Assembly (NCBI RefSeq): GCF_006345805.1
Contig: NC_043005.1
Location: 70,122,001 to 70,186,000 of the forward strand
DNA: 64,000 bases
From: Octopus sinensis
Taxonomy: Eukaryota
Reading direction: 5' to 3'
This document shows, in pieces, positions 11,751 to 24,148 of the stretch (the stretch's first letter is position 1; every line of letters begins with the position of its first letter). Under the pieces are notes generated by a model. It ran no database searches. It was not told the origin of the DNA and saw only the letters and a program-made list of their open reading frames with translations. The position numbers and the translations under genes are program-made.

Positions 11751-12271
11751 GGAGGCGAGCTGGCAGAAACGTTAGCACGCTGGGCGAAATGCTTAGCTGT
11801 ATTTCGTCTGTCGCTACATTCTGAGATCAAATTCCGCCGAGGTCGATTTTGCCTTTCATCTTTTCGGGGTCGATTAAATAAGTACCAGTTACGCACTTGG
11901 GTCGATATAATCGACTTAATCTGTTTGTCTGTCCTTGTTTGTCCTCTCTGTGTTTAGCCCCTTGTTGTTAGTAAAGAAATAGGTATTTCGCCTGCCGTTA
12001 CGTTCTGAGTTCAAATTCCGCCGAGATCGACTTTGCCTTTCATCCTTTCGGGGTCGATAAATTAAGTACCAGTTATGCACTTGGGTCGATATAATCGCCT
12101 TAATCCGTTTGTTTGTCCCTGTTTGTCCTCTCCGTGATTAGCCCCTTGTGGGTAGTAAAGAAATAGAAATAGGTATTTCGTCTGCCATTACGTTCTGATT
12201 TCAAATTCCTTCGTGGTTGTCTTTGCCTTTCATCCTTTCGGGGTCGATTAAGTAAATCCCAGTTACGCACT

Positions 12272-12273
<2 letters not shown>
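11751..12273 (+). mobile_element. SINE family B, concatemeric form H-X-Y-X-Y-X(truncated)
   Basis: ggaggcgagctggcagaaacgttagcacg head; B-box-like ctgagttcaaattcc repeated at about 190-bp intervals, separated by the gtttgtctgtccttg...aaagaaata module. Confidence 0.9.
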
Positions 12274-12314
<41 letters not shown>

Positions 12315-12322
<8 letters not shown>

Positions 12323-13610
12323 TGAATATAGGGTGGCAAAAAATTTCGTAGAATTTATTTGCCACCAGCGGCCTAGTGGGAAAAATTTAAATAGTCATAG
12401 ACCATTTATAAGTTCAACATCACAATCAAGGAATGGCCATAATAGGCCATTCACCCACTAGAAATAACAGCCAAAGCTTCAACCGCAAAATAACATCAAT
12501 TCCGCAAACCAGGAGAAAATTAAAAAAACATTTACCCTGTAATTTCTTATACGATGCACCGTTTCATCTATTGTTTAATGGTAAACTAACCTGATTAAAT
12601 TAAATCTAGCCAATCTTCCATAGGCCGATAGATTCGTCAGTAAGAAACAGCCAGATCCGAGCAGATATTATCACGAGGCACCTCTATCCCTGCCTCGGCA
12701 ATATCTGACCTAAAATTTTCAAATCATCGCACTCGCGCCAAATTTATCGGCAGCAAATATGAGCCGCCGATTCCATTACGGAATTAACCAGAAAATTCAT
12801 AATTAATGAATATAGGGTGGCAAAAAATTTCGTAGAATTTATTTGCCACCAGCGGCCTAGTGGGAAAAATTTAAATAGTCATAGACCATTTATAAGTTCA
12901 ACATCACAATCAAGGAATGGCCATAATAGGCCATTCACCCACTAGAAATAACAGCCAAAGCTTCAACCGCAAAATAACATCAATTCCGCAAACCAGGAGA
13001 AAATTAAAAAAACATTTACCCTGTAATTTCTTATACGATGCACCGTTTCATCTATTGTTTAATGGTAAACTAACCTGATTAAATTAAATCTAGCCAATCT
13101 TCCATAGGCCGATAGATTCGTCAGTAAGAAACAGCCAGATCCGAGCAGATATTATCACGAGGCACCTCTATCCCTGCCTCGGCAATATCTGACCTAAAAT
13201 TTTCAAATCATCGCACTCGCGCCAAATTTATCGGCAGCAAATATGAGCCGCCGATTCCATTACGGAATTAACCAGAAAATTCATAATTAATCAATATAAG
13301 GTGGCAAAAAATTTCGTAGAATTTATTTGCCACCAGCGGCCTAGTGGGAAAAAATTAAATAGTCATAGACCATTTATAAGTTCAACATCACAATCAAGGA
13401 ATGGCCATAATAGGCCATTCACCCACTAGGAATAACAGCCAAAGCTTCAACCGCAAAATAACATCAATTCCGCAAACCAGGAGAAAATTAAAAAAACATT
13501 TACCCTGTAATTTCTTATACGATGCACCGTTTCATCTATTGTTTAATGGTAAACTAACCTGATTAAATTAAATCAAGCCAATCTTCCATAGGCCGATAGA
13601 TTCGTCAGTA
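12315..13610. repeat. Tandem array of 484-bp units (about 2.7 copies)
   Basis: Unit start ataattaat at 12315, 12799 and 13283. Units 1 and 2 appear identical by eye; unit 3 has about 5 substitutions. Confidence 0.97.
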
Positions 13611-13884
13611 GCCCTAACCCTAAACCTAATGAAATACGTAGTCGCTTTGCAGCATCTTGATGGGCGTGACTGATGCAGGCAAGTCCCAGCTGACTCGGTC
13701 AAAATATGAAGAGAAATGTAAGTGTATTTGAAAACAGAACAGCAGAGTAAAATGGATATTAAAATGTGTATGTGATGTACGTTTGTTACCTTTTGATATA
13801 TGGAATGCTATCTTTCCTTTAGAATGCTGTTTCTCTCTCTCTCCCCTGCACTTTCTTCCCTGTAGGTACGCACAAACACTTGCA

Positions 13885-14097
13885 CATGCGTGTACACACA
13901 CACACACACACACACACATGCACATATGCATACGTCGTTCGCACTCTCTCTCTCTCTCTGTATGCATTTATATGTATATATATATGTGTGTATATATATA
14001 TATATTATATATATATATATATATATGTACATATATCACATATATATACATACATATACATAGTTGCATAGATAAATACACATACACACGTATATAT

Positions 14098-14153
<56 letters not shown>

Positions 14154-14201
14154 TATATATATCAATATACACATAAATATATAGGGATACGTATAGATAC
14201 G

Positions 14202-14233
<32 letters not shown>

Positions 14234-14315
14234 ATATACACGTATACTCGTATACTCACATACACACACAGAAGCACGTACACACACACACATACACACA
14301 TATATATATGTATAT
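13885..14315. repeat. Compound (CA)/(CT)/(TA) microsatellite block
   Basis: Directly visible. Confidence 0.95.
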
Positions 14316-15850
14316 AAGTAGCAGAGAAATGAAATTAAAAACGTAATTTCATAAATCATTGCCGAAATGTCTTTCTTTAAAATATATAATTTCAAATGTC
14401 AAATCACTTGCTTTTTCAATCTGTAAAACGGATGTGGTTATTGTCTTTATTTCTCCTCTGCTTTCTTAGAGAGATTACTTGTTGGTTTCAATAGCCATAA
14501 AAATTTTAATGTAAACAATTATTTTTCATTCTACTCCATTATTTTTTTCTAAAGTAATTAAATAGTACACTGTCTGTAATTTAGAGTCCATGTTTCACGC
14601 GTTTCGAATTAAACATATGTTGTCATTCATTGTTTATAACATAATATACAATGTAAAGCAAATGTATGTAATACAGATGTATTTTCTTTTAAAATGGTTC
14701 CATACTCGGTAATTATGTTTTCAACCATGGAGTGATACACAACAATTTCGTGTCGTAGGATTGACCTCCGATTGTTTACAGTGGCCGTTAATGGATACCC
14801 ACTATGACACCTAACAACACTATATTCAGACTAGCCTTAAAAGACTACTGTAACCATTGGATCCTGACAAGTACGACATTTATTAATATAGATACAAGAA
14901 GCTTCGGAGTAGATTAATTTATTAATATTACATACTATGTTGAGAAGTATGGTAAAGATTTTTTGCTTTCCTCTGGGGAAGAATTTAGAGCTTAAAGCGC
15001 ATATACATAATTGCGTATACGGTAATTGTATTTGACTCTACATTTTAAAAATGCCTTGTAATATAGCAAAATATTGAGAATGAGAATCGTAAATATAGTT
15101 TATCTTAGCTATCCCTGTTGTAGTTGAGTATGTCGGTGTGTCTGTGAAGCGGGTGTGTGTGGATACGTGTGTGTGTGCATCTGTGAATACGAGTGTGTGT
15201 GCACCTGTGAATATGAGTGTGTGAATACGTGTGTGTGTGTATGTTTATCCTCTGATTATGGTCGAATTTTCAATCAGAAATTATGTTGTGATCAGTCGCT
15301 TTATTAAATCTTTAAAACTGTACTTTACTGTAATATGTAGTCACTTGTGTGGTTATGAACAATGAGCAAATATATTAAATTGAAACTGTATACGTCCGTG
15401 CTGTTGCTTGAACAGCATCTTCATGACATGTTTCTTGCAGCATCCACATTTCATGTGCATCTCTTCTATAATATAATGGTTTATTGTTCTTCTGAGTGTT
15501 GTTTTCAGCACCACATGATCTCAGACATATCTCATATAACATTGTTCTTTTGATTTTATTTATGATATCAAAAACATTATTATCGAATATAGCATTACAT
15601 TTTCAAGGTAGTAGCTCATGCATCAAGGGGGATTTCACTGTTTTTTTCTAGTATGACGAGCAACCTTTTAGATTTTACTTGATTTGGTGTTTTTTTACTT
15701 CTTTATGTTTTAGTTTCCTTTAGCTAAGCCCAACATATGTTGGAGATACGTTTTAGAAAAGAAAAGAAGCCGTTTTCGATGTAACGATATATTTAGAAAA
15801 ATTACCTAACGCTAAGAAGTCAAATACCACTTGATATGTAACAAATTAAT

Positions 15851-16495
15851 GCAGTGAGCTGGCAGAAACGTTAGCACGCCGGGCGAAATTCTCAGCGGTA
15901 TTTCGTCTGCCGTTACGTTCTGAGTTCAAATTCCGCCGAGGTCGACTTTGCCTTTCATCCTTTCAGGGTCGATTAAATATGTATCTATTTCTTTACTACC
16001 CACAAGGGGCTAAACACGGAGATGACAAACAAGGAAGACAAACGGATTAAGTCGATTATATCGACCCAGTGCGTAACTGGTGCTTAATTTATCGACCCCG
16101 AAAGGACGAAAGGCAAAGTCGACCTCGGCGGAATTTGAACTCAGAGCGTAACGGTAGACGCAATACCGCAAGGCATTTTGCCCGGCGTGCTAACGTTTCT
16201 GCTAGCTCACCGCCTTAAATAAGTACCAGTTACGCACTGGAGTCGATATAATTGATTTAATCCATTTGTCTGTCCTTGTTTGTCCTCTCTGTGTTTAGCC
16301 CCTTGAGAGTAGTAAAAAACAGGTACTTGGTCTGTCTGTAAGTTCTGAATTCAAATTTCTCCGAGGTTGACTTCGCTTATCCTCCTTTCGATGTAGACAA
16401 AATAAATACAAGTTGGTGACATGGGATTGATGTAATCGACTTACTCCTTCTCTCAAAATTGCTGGCATTGTGCCAAAATTCGAAACTGATATTAT
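15851..16495 (+). mobile_element. SINE family B (H-X-Y-X-tail) interrupted by an antisense SINE B
   Basis: Head at 15851, interrupted after ggtcgattaaata, resumes at ttaaataagtaccagtt (16215), ends aaattgctggcattgtgccaaaattcgaaactgatattat. Confidence 0.9.
15980..16214 (-). mobile_element. SINE family B (H-X-Y), antisense insertion with putative 7-bp TSD TTAAATA
   Basis: Reverse complement begins ggcggtgagctagcagaaacgttagc. Flanked by ttaaata at 15973-15979 and 16215-16221. Confidence 0.9.
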
Positions 16496-16927
16496 GCAGC
16501 AAATTTCATTTGGCAAGAAAGAAATTCCTTCAATATATATTTCTAGCAATTAATGCAACATACAGACCTTACAGCTATTATGTCGACAAACTTACTTAGA
16601 ATTGAAATTAAAATTACCTTCGCACAATCCGACTGTTATCATAAGCAAATTAAGGCAAAATATTATATGTATATTGATCTAATACAATTATACATTTATA
16701 TTATTATCAATCAATACTGCTGCTACATCTTATTAAATGTGTAATTAGAGATGAAATTCAACCACAAACAGAGATATTAAATAATTACATAACATTCAGT
16801 TAACGGAACTATATTGCTTGGATGGGATGTTACAAGTGTACTAGATTTTATAACAGGGCTATATGATTTACAGTAGTAAAGAGAAAGGATTTTAATCGGA
16901 ATTAGTTTTCTTATAAAGTTTTCCTAA

Positions 16928-17511
16928 GGCGGCGAGCTGGCAGAATCGTTAGCATGCTGGACGGAGTGTTTAGCGGTGTTTCGTCTGCCGCTACGTTCTG
17001 AGTTCAAATTCCGCCGAGGTCGACTTTACTTTTCATCCTTTCGGGGTCGATTAAATAAATACCAGTTACGCACTCGGATCGATATAATCAACTTAATCCG
17101 TTTGTGTGTCTTTGTTTGACTTCTCCGTGTTTAGCCCCTTGTGGGTTGTAAAGAAATAGGTATTTCGTCTGCCTCTACATTCTGAGTTCAAATTCCGCCG
17201 AGGTCGACTTTGCCTTTCATCCTTTCGGGGTCGATTAAATAAGTACCAGTTACGCACTTGGGTCGATATAATCGACTTAATCTGTTTGTCTCTCCTTGTT
17301 TGTTCTCTCTGTGTTTAGCCCCTTGTGGGTAGTAAACAAATAGGTATTTCGCCCGTCGCTACGTTATCAGTTCACATTCTGCCGAGGTCGACTTTGCCTT
17401 TTAACCTTTCGGGTCGATAAATTAAGTACCAGTTGAGTACCTGGGTCGATGTAATCGACTTAAACCCTACCCCACAAATTCTAGCCTTGTGTCTATAATA
17501 GAAGTGATTAT
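16928..17511 (+). mobile_element. SINE family B, H-X-Y-X-Y-X-tail
   Basis: Three X modules (about 16970, 17160, 17342); tail ccccacaaattctagccttgtgtctataatagaagtgatta. Confidence 0.92.
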
Positions 17512-18204
17512 GAAGTTTTCGTTATTGTAAACGTAAGACAGCGAGAAGACAGGATGGTTACATAGTCGAAACAGATGTTATGCGACACCAGTTCCGGCAC
17601 TCTACATTCTTAATCCAAAGCCTATAGAAGTTTTCATGTTCTCCATAATGTACACTATTTATTAACTATTACGGACGATAGTATTGATTTACCTGCGGCC
17701 TTCAAGATTGGTGTGACTAAATTAGAAACCATTATTATTGAAATTTGGCTTATTCTCAGGCTTTAAGGAAATCTTACTGGGCAGTTGAGAAGCTAGATTC
17801 TCTTAAAAACAAAGCAATTTTTATCCTTTGTCCACAGAGGCGTAAGGCGTTTCTGCTGTATACAAACTATTGTATTATGATTCAAGTGAATGTTGTAATT
17901 TATTATTGATTTAAAACCGGACTGAACTACTTTAGTTGTGAGATTTCAGAATGCTAGCTGATTGAGTGTGGTAGATAGATGACGTATTGTGCAGGAAGAG
18001 GCACACTAATCTAAGACGGAATATCATGAGATTAGAGAATTTAGAATATGGACTGAACAAGACATTAGATTTACTGTTTGAGCAATCACTGATCTCAGAT
18101 TTCTCGAAATATTACCGTTTAAAATTATTATCCACACCAGTAAGCACAAATGGAATAGACGTTAGAAAACTCGATGGGGAGTGTTTAATATCCAGAGTCA
18201 TGCT

Positions 18205-18205
<1 letters not shown>

Positions 18206-18258
<53 letters not shown>

Positions 18259-18265
18259 TGCACAT
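18206..18265. repeat. (CA)n microsatellite
   Basis: Directly visible. Confidence 0.95.
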
Positions 18266-18309
18266 ACATATTGACTACAAGACTTAAATGTAACAAACAT
18301 GTTTTATAA

Positions 18310-19350
18310 CATTCTCAGTTAGTCGAATTAATCTGCTCAATTTAATGTTTTGAAATGATTTTGCTGAATATTTGACCAGTTCACCAATTTACTGCTTTGT
18401 ACTTTATCTAAAATATATTTTTCAGAGATGTCATATCACCCGAATTCTTCATTTTTATAATAGATTGTTCTAACATTGACATTTGGATAAATATATCGCT
18501 TTTTATAAAAGAATAGTTCTAAAACCATAATTGCAAATATTTACTTTTCGGAAATTTCCCTTGACATTATCAAACTTAGATTGGCATTCTTGACCTTGAA
18601 ATTATATAATCAATATTCCCAAACGTTTCATCTTGAGCACAATATCATATAAAAACACACACTTAGATGAGAGTAGTAGTTTTATTTAGTCAAATGATTT
18701 AATGTGATAATTTATGAGAATGCTTAAAGAGATTCTATTTTATCAAATATTGCTCTCAATGATTCATTAGAGTCTTCACGATATTTGATATCAAAGATAG
18801 TAGCTAGGTTTTAGAGCCTGATTTGAAATCTACATAGAATATACGGCAAATCTATTCAACCCCTAAGAGGCCTTTCCTAGATTTCTCATTAGTGAACTTT
18901 GTGTATATTTGTATGAACAGTAGGAGAGCAGCTTTGAGGGTTAATGCTACAGCATTGTTTTTATGGTATTTGATGAATACATAATTATCTCGTATTAAAT
19001 TCGATTTCTTACAATAATGATGTAACTTTTCTTTCAAACTACTTTTATTGCCATTTTCTTACTTGCAAGGTTGCCATAATATCCTGTCACGATCACAAAT
19101 GCAGTGCATCTTTTATGTTACCGGCTAAAGTATTTGTCTACGATGTTATTTCTGTTGTTATTGTCTCGTTTAACCTCAGCCATGATAGAAAAATTCTCGA
19201 TATTCTCACCCTGACTAAGTCGTATATTTAGGGTTGTGTCAGATTGTAATATGCATTTCCTTTACTCCTTTTCAAAAAACTCAAAACAGATTTGTAGCTA
19301 TTTCTTGTAGGTCAAGTGATTAGGTAGAAGCTCGCTTGTGAGAGAAATGC
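18310..19350 (-). pseudogene. Heavily decayed CR1/L2-like reverse transcriptase remnant
   Basis: Minus strand gives scattered peptides in the expected order: DLQEIATNLF, LKEKLHHYCKKSNLIRDN, IFYVDFK (cf. YLDFSKAFD), KLVNWSNIQQNHF (cf. L..WS..W.M.FN). Many stops and frameshifts. Confidence 0.45.
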
Positions 19351-20549
19351 GTTGATATTTTTTATTCCTGATCATCCTTATCAAGTGGACATATGTGCAA
19401 GGCCGTCCATTCATAGCCATCTCCTCTAGCATTTAAGCATACTATTATAATATCATATCGACTGATATATCTGGGTACCATTTCTAATCAAAGTAGTGCG
19501 AAATGAGTTGCACCTTTAAGATTCTTACGACCTCAGATTCTGATTGGTGGACAAATCAAATTTATCCTAGGCTTTAACCTGCTACTTACTAAAAATTTGA
19601 CTCTACTAAAGACGTTCACATTTCGCATGATCACATTAAGCGGATCACTTATTCCAAGTATATGATCACTTATTCCAAGTAACTATTTACAGAGACAGGT
19701 TTTGCAATTAAACTGCATTTATTATTAACTGCTACGCTTTATATTTGGTCGGAGATTACGGTCGGAAACCTATGCCCAGTTACGTTTCAGTGACATCGAC
19801 TTTACGACCATGCACTTAAGCATCAAACTTCTTTAGCATATAGCCGTGTCTACGCCAATACCACACCTATCTTATGATAAATGATACCCACATATTTTCT
19901 TTCTAAAATTAAAACAAATCTTTGTTATTTAAACATTACCGTCTAGGTCCAGAAAGAAAGGCATGTGAAATTTTGAGGAGCAAAAGATTACACGTTTTAT
20001 TGTTTTGCGATAATGTTCTCTGATACAAATACCTAATGCTGGTATGAACTAATATCTTTAAGTTTTATTTTTTCTTTCGATAGTTCATCACATGTATAAA
20101 TAGCTGCATAGGTTTAGATAGAGTCGCAAATGTGAATGTAAGATCATAAACCAAGAAAATCATGATGGGCATGTAAACATAGATACACATGAATACATCC
20201 GTCATCTTAGACAATGACTAAAACAATGTATAATTTTATGGTTAGATGTTCCTACATAAGTTTTCTAAAAACGAATTTGACTAAGAACAAACCAACAATA
20301 ATAGGGCGTTTTCGCTATGTGTGTTTTAAAAGAGAACTTATACTATAGGTCACAAATATGAATTCAATATTTATTTAATATATTGGCTAAGTATTAACTA
20401 TGATTTCCATTTTGTAAATGATTTTTATTTGAAACCAATTTATCCTCTGTTTGTCTGTCTGTCTATCTGTCAGTTTTTTTCTCTCTTTCCTTGTTACTCT
20501 TATTTATTAGCAGTCTCTTATTTTTCCTGTTTTAGGTGTCGCAACTATT

Positions 20550-20875
20550 AGGCTGTTATCGTGCTGGGACACTCCTTTGAAGAATTTTAGTCGAGGGAAT
20601 CTACTGCGATACTTATTTTTAACGGTTTGCGAATTTATTATATTGGTTCTTTTGACGAACCGCCGATTACGCTTTCGTAACCGGGGTGGGGGTGAAAAAG
20701 TACACACACAAACACACACACTCGCATACACACATATATATACACACACATATGCACATATGTATACGAAGGGCATCTTTCCTATTGCGTCTGCGTCACT
20801 TGTCCAAGGTGCCAGGAACCACGAATGATTTCGTTGGGAATCAAACTTCTTACCACACAACCACGCCTGCACCTA
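20550..20875 (-). mobile_element. SINE family A, old degenerate copy
   Basis: cacttgtccaaggtgcc...aaacttcttaccacacaaccacgcctgcacc head; internal (CA)n; degenerate tail. Confidence 0.75.
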
Positions 20876-20934
20876 CACGTCTGCCTCTCTCTCTCTCTCT
20901 CCATCCTTCTCTTTCTCTCTCTCACTATTCGTCC

Positions 20935-21324
20935 TACTCTTACTCTTTTACTCTTTTACTTGTTTAGTCATTTGACTGCGGCCATGCTGGAGCACCGCCT
21001 TTAGTCGAGAAAATCGACCCCAGGACTTATTCTTTGTAAGCCCAGTACTTATTCTATCGGTCTTTTTTGCCGAACCGCTAAGTGACGGGGACAACCAGCA
21101 TCTGTTGTCAAGCAATGCTAGGGGGACAAACACAGACACACACACTTATATATATATACATATATACGACAGGCTTCTTTCAGTTTCCGTCAACCAAATC
21201 CACTCACAAGGCATTGATCGGCCCGGGGCTATAGCAGAAGACACTTGCCCAAAATGCCACGCAGTGGGACTGAACCCGGAACCATGTGGTTGGTTAGCAA
21301 GCTACTTACCACACAGCCACTCCT
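20935..21324 (-). mobile_element. SINE family A, full length
   Basis: (tactcttt)n tail, gactgcggccatgctggagcaccgcc, internal microsatellite, gacacttgcccaa, gggactgaacccggaacc, ttaccacacagccactcc. Confidence 0.92.
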
Positions 21325-22653
21325 GTTTATATTATTATTATATTCGATGTGATCAAAAGTTTTGCTTTGATTCATTCAAAACTTTTAAAATATTATTATT
21401 ACCATTTTTGTGATAACCTATTTTTTGTTTTCCTTTGGCTTTCAATTTTAATTTTGGACGCCGTTATTATTCAAAAGAAGAAGAGTGATTTCAGAACACT
21501 ATTTCTTATTATAAAATATACGAAATTATTATCAACATTGTATCAAAAATACGCTTAAAATATTCAGTAAATTCAGCAGTTATTAGTTTCAGTTCCTTCT
21601 GACTGATATATGTAAGGTAAGATTATCAAACTTCCTTCAAAGTTTCTAAGTGATATCTCCCCTTTTACTGAGACAGATTAGGAGCAAATATACTTTTATC
21701 ATCAGATCATAATTACTTTCTAAAAATTGATATAGAATTTGTCGCACACTATTCTATTGCGACGTAGTTATGATAACTGCCTTTTTATATGTTCCACACC
21801 ATAAAACGATATTTGTTCTACTTTGGCTTTTAGTTCATAATATAGTCGAACCTAAATAAATTGGACAGCTATCGATTGATATATTATTATCGAAATGCCA
21901 GAGAATTATCAGTGTAAAAATTAGTTTTGTGGTGCTTTTTTTTTATTTCATTGAATGTTCTCTCTATGTAAGTCACTCTACTACAACAATTTGCTATGAG
22001 CTTTTATCTGTTGATGAAATTTCTTTTGTGTTGTCAGACTTTGAATGAGTGAACAGTGCGATATAACTTAGCAATCCAAAAACATCTGCGTCATTCAGTT
22101 TGGATTCCTGCATGCTTAAACCGTTTGATTGTGCTGACGTTTGACTGCATAGATATGATGCCATCTGCTGAGTTAAATAACAAACATTCAATTTCTATTG
22201 CTTTGAACATATTTTCTCATTTAGTAGGAGGTTGGTTTTTTCATAAGGATTGCTAGATATGTTTCAGAGTTTGCTCATACTTGTTTCTGATTTTCCCAGC
22301 ATGACACATTCATATCAGTCACCATATTGATATTTCATAACAATGTAATAGCTTAATCATAAAGAAAAAAAAAAAGACTGACAACCAGCATTTGGTTATG
22401 CTCAGCCAACGTAAATTTTAATCGTTAGACCGTAACATAATCCATATCGCTTTTCCAACCCAATCGATCAAAAATAACTCCGTTTTATGGTCGCAACACA
22501 TAATACTTGTCAGCCCTCCTGACCATATTAAATCAGATATGCAATAAACATATGCAATACGTGATATAGAAATAAGAATGTCAATAATATGATAGGCACC
22601 TAGTATTTAGATATATATGGATAATATATTCATCCAGAAATGTACGTTTCTAA

Positions 22654-23075
22654 GGCGGCGAGCTGGCAGAAACGTTAGCACGCCGGGTGAAGTACTTAGT
22701 GGTATTTTTCTGCCGTTATGTTCTCAGTTCAAATTTCGCTGTGGTCAACTTTGCCTTTCATCCTTTCGGTGCCGATAAATTAAGTACCAGTTACGCACTG
22801 AGGTCGATATAATCGACTTAATCCGTTTGTCTGCACCTTGCTTGTGCCCTCTGTGTTTTGCCCCTTGTGGATAGTAAAGAAATAGGTATTTCGTCTGCCG
22901 CTACGTTCTGAGTTCAAATTCCTCCGAGGTCGATTTTCCCTTTCATCCTTTCGGGGTCGATGAATTAAGTACCAGTTACGCACTGGGGTCGATGTAATCG
23001 TCTTAATGCCTTTGTCTGTCCTTGATTGTCCCCTCTGTGTTTAGCCCCTTGTGGGCAATAAAGAAATAAGAAATA
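22654..23075 (+). mobile_element. SINE family B, H-X-Y-X-Y
   Basis: taa|ggcggcgagctggcagaaacg head, two X-Y modules, ends aaagaaataagaaata. Confidence 0.9.
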
Positions 23076-23677
23076 ATATTCCACAACTGATAGAATAATA
23101 GTGCTGGCGTTGGCCAAAGACAACTACAAAAATGGTCCAATAAACTTCTAGTTGAAGTGAAAGACTGTAGTGTGTCTGCAGAATTAAATTCGAGGTTCAC
23201 TTTTGGCAAATTGTAGAGAAAATATATATATGAGTTCTGCATGTTATATCTCATGCTGAGCGTGTGTCATACGTCGAGTGGTTGTAGCAATCATATATTA
23301 TTATGGAAGTTGTATCTAACTTTCCTGGGTGAATGGAGGTTTAATAATATTACGGAATATTTGTACTATCAACCGAACGATAGATATTGTCGCGTAAAAC
23401 TAATTACCTGCCATTATATACTAAGTTCCTGAACATAACTACCTCGTTTGAAGAAGTGAGAATAAATTTCATACTTTGTCTTTGACACTCTACTTCAGCT
23501 ATTACTACAAGTCTTCATAGGATACTAGGACATGCATTGCTTTACCTAGCAGACGCTGATCGTATTCAATTATAATCTTTTCTTTAAATATTGAAGTTTG
23601 AGGCAATTGCAATTATATGCATGTGGTCAATTTAGCAGAACCGTTATAAAAGTAATAAATAAATACAAAGTGTAATA

Positions 23678-23959
23678 CAGTTCTGTATGTAGGAGATGAG
23701 AAATTCTGTACATTATTTACATTATTTACATTCGACGGATATTTGTCCTCATCTTCTTTGTTGTTAACACAAAGGTTCGGCTGATATAACCTCCAGCCTT
23801 CTTCAGGTATCTTGGGAAATTTCGAAACAGGGTTCTCATTCCTAACGTATTTTTCGATGTTATTATTATTATTATTGTTATTGTTCAGGTCACTGATTGG
23901 AATCGAACTCGGAATCTTGGGGTTAGTATCCCGTAGTCATAACCACTACGACATATGCC
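23678..23959 (-). mobile_element. tRNA-headed hammerhead SINE-like element, copy 2
   Basis: Minus strand ggcatatgtcgtagtggtt...gagttcgattcc, (AAT)n, then the same tail as copy 1. Hammerhead at 23766-23811 has GAAC-CUUU in place of GAAA-CGUU. Confidence 0.85.
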
Positions 23960-24044
23960 AACGTGCATAAGGCGCCATTTTTACTTACCGATTTCAATCA
24001 TTTCAATGTTCTTCATGCATGTGAAGTCCCACAGCTGAAAAGGC

Positions 24045-24053
24045 CTGAACACT

Positions 24054-24148
<95 letters not shown>

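Noticed and set aside
11751-12273. Regularly spaced repeats resembling a CRISPR array
   Set aside because: The 'spacers' are themselves repeated (Y module), the units are about 190 bp SINE modules, and the context is eukaryotic with no cas genes.
12600-12660. CUGACGA on the minus strand of the 484-bp unit as a hammerhead
   Set aside because: No GAAA box follows the possible stem II, so the topology is incomplete.
21994-22191. Protein-like minus-strand ORF (MASYLCSQTSAQSNGLSMQESKLNDADVFGLL...)
   Set aside because: No recognisable domain, weak splice context, and this length is expected by chance.
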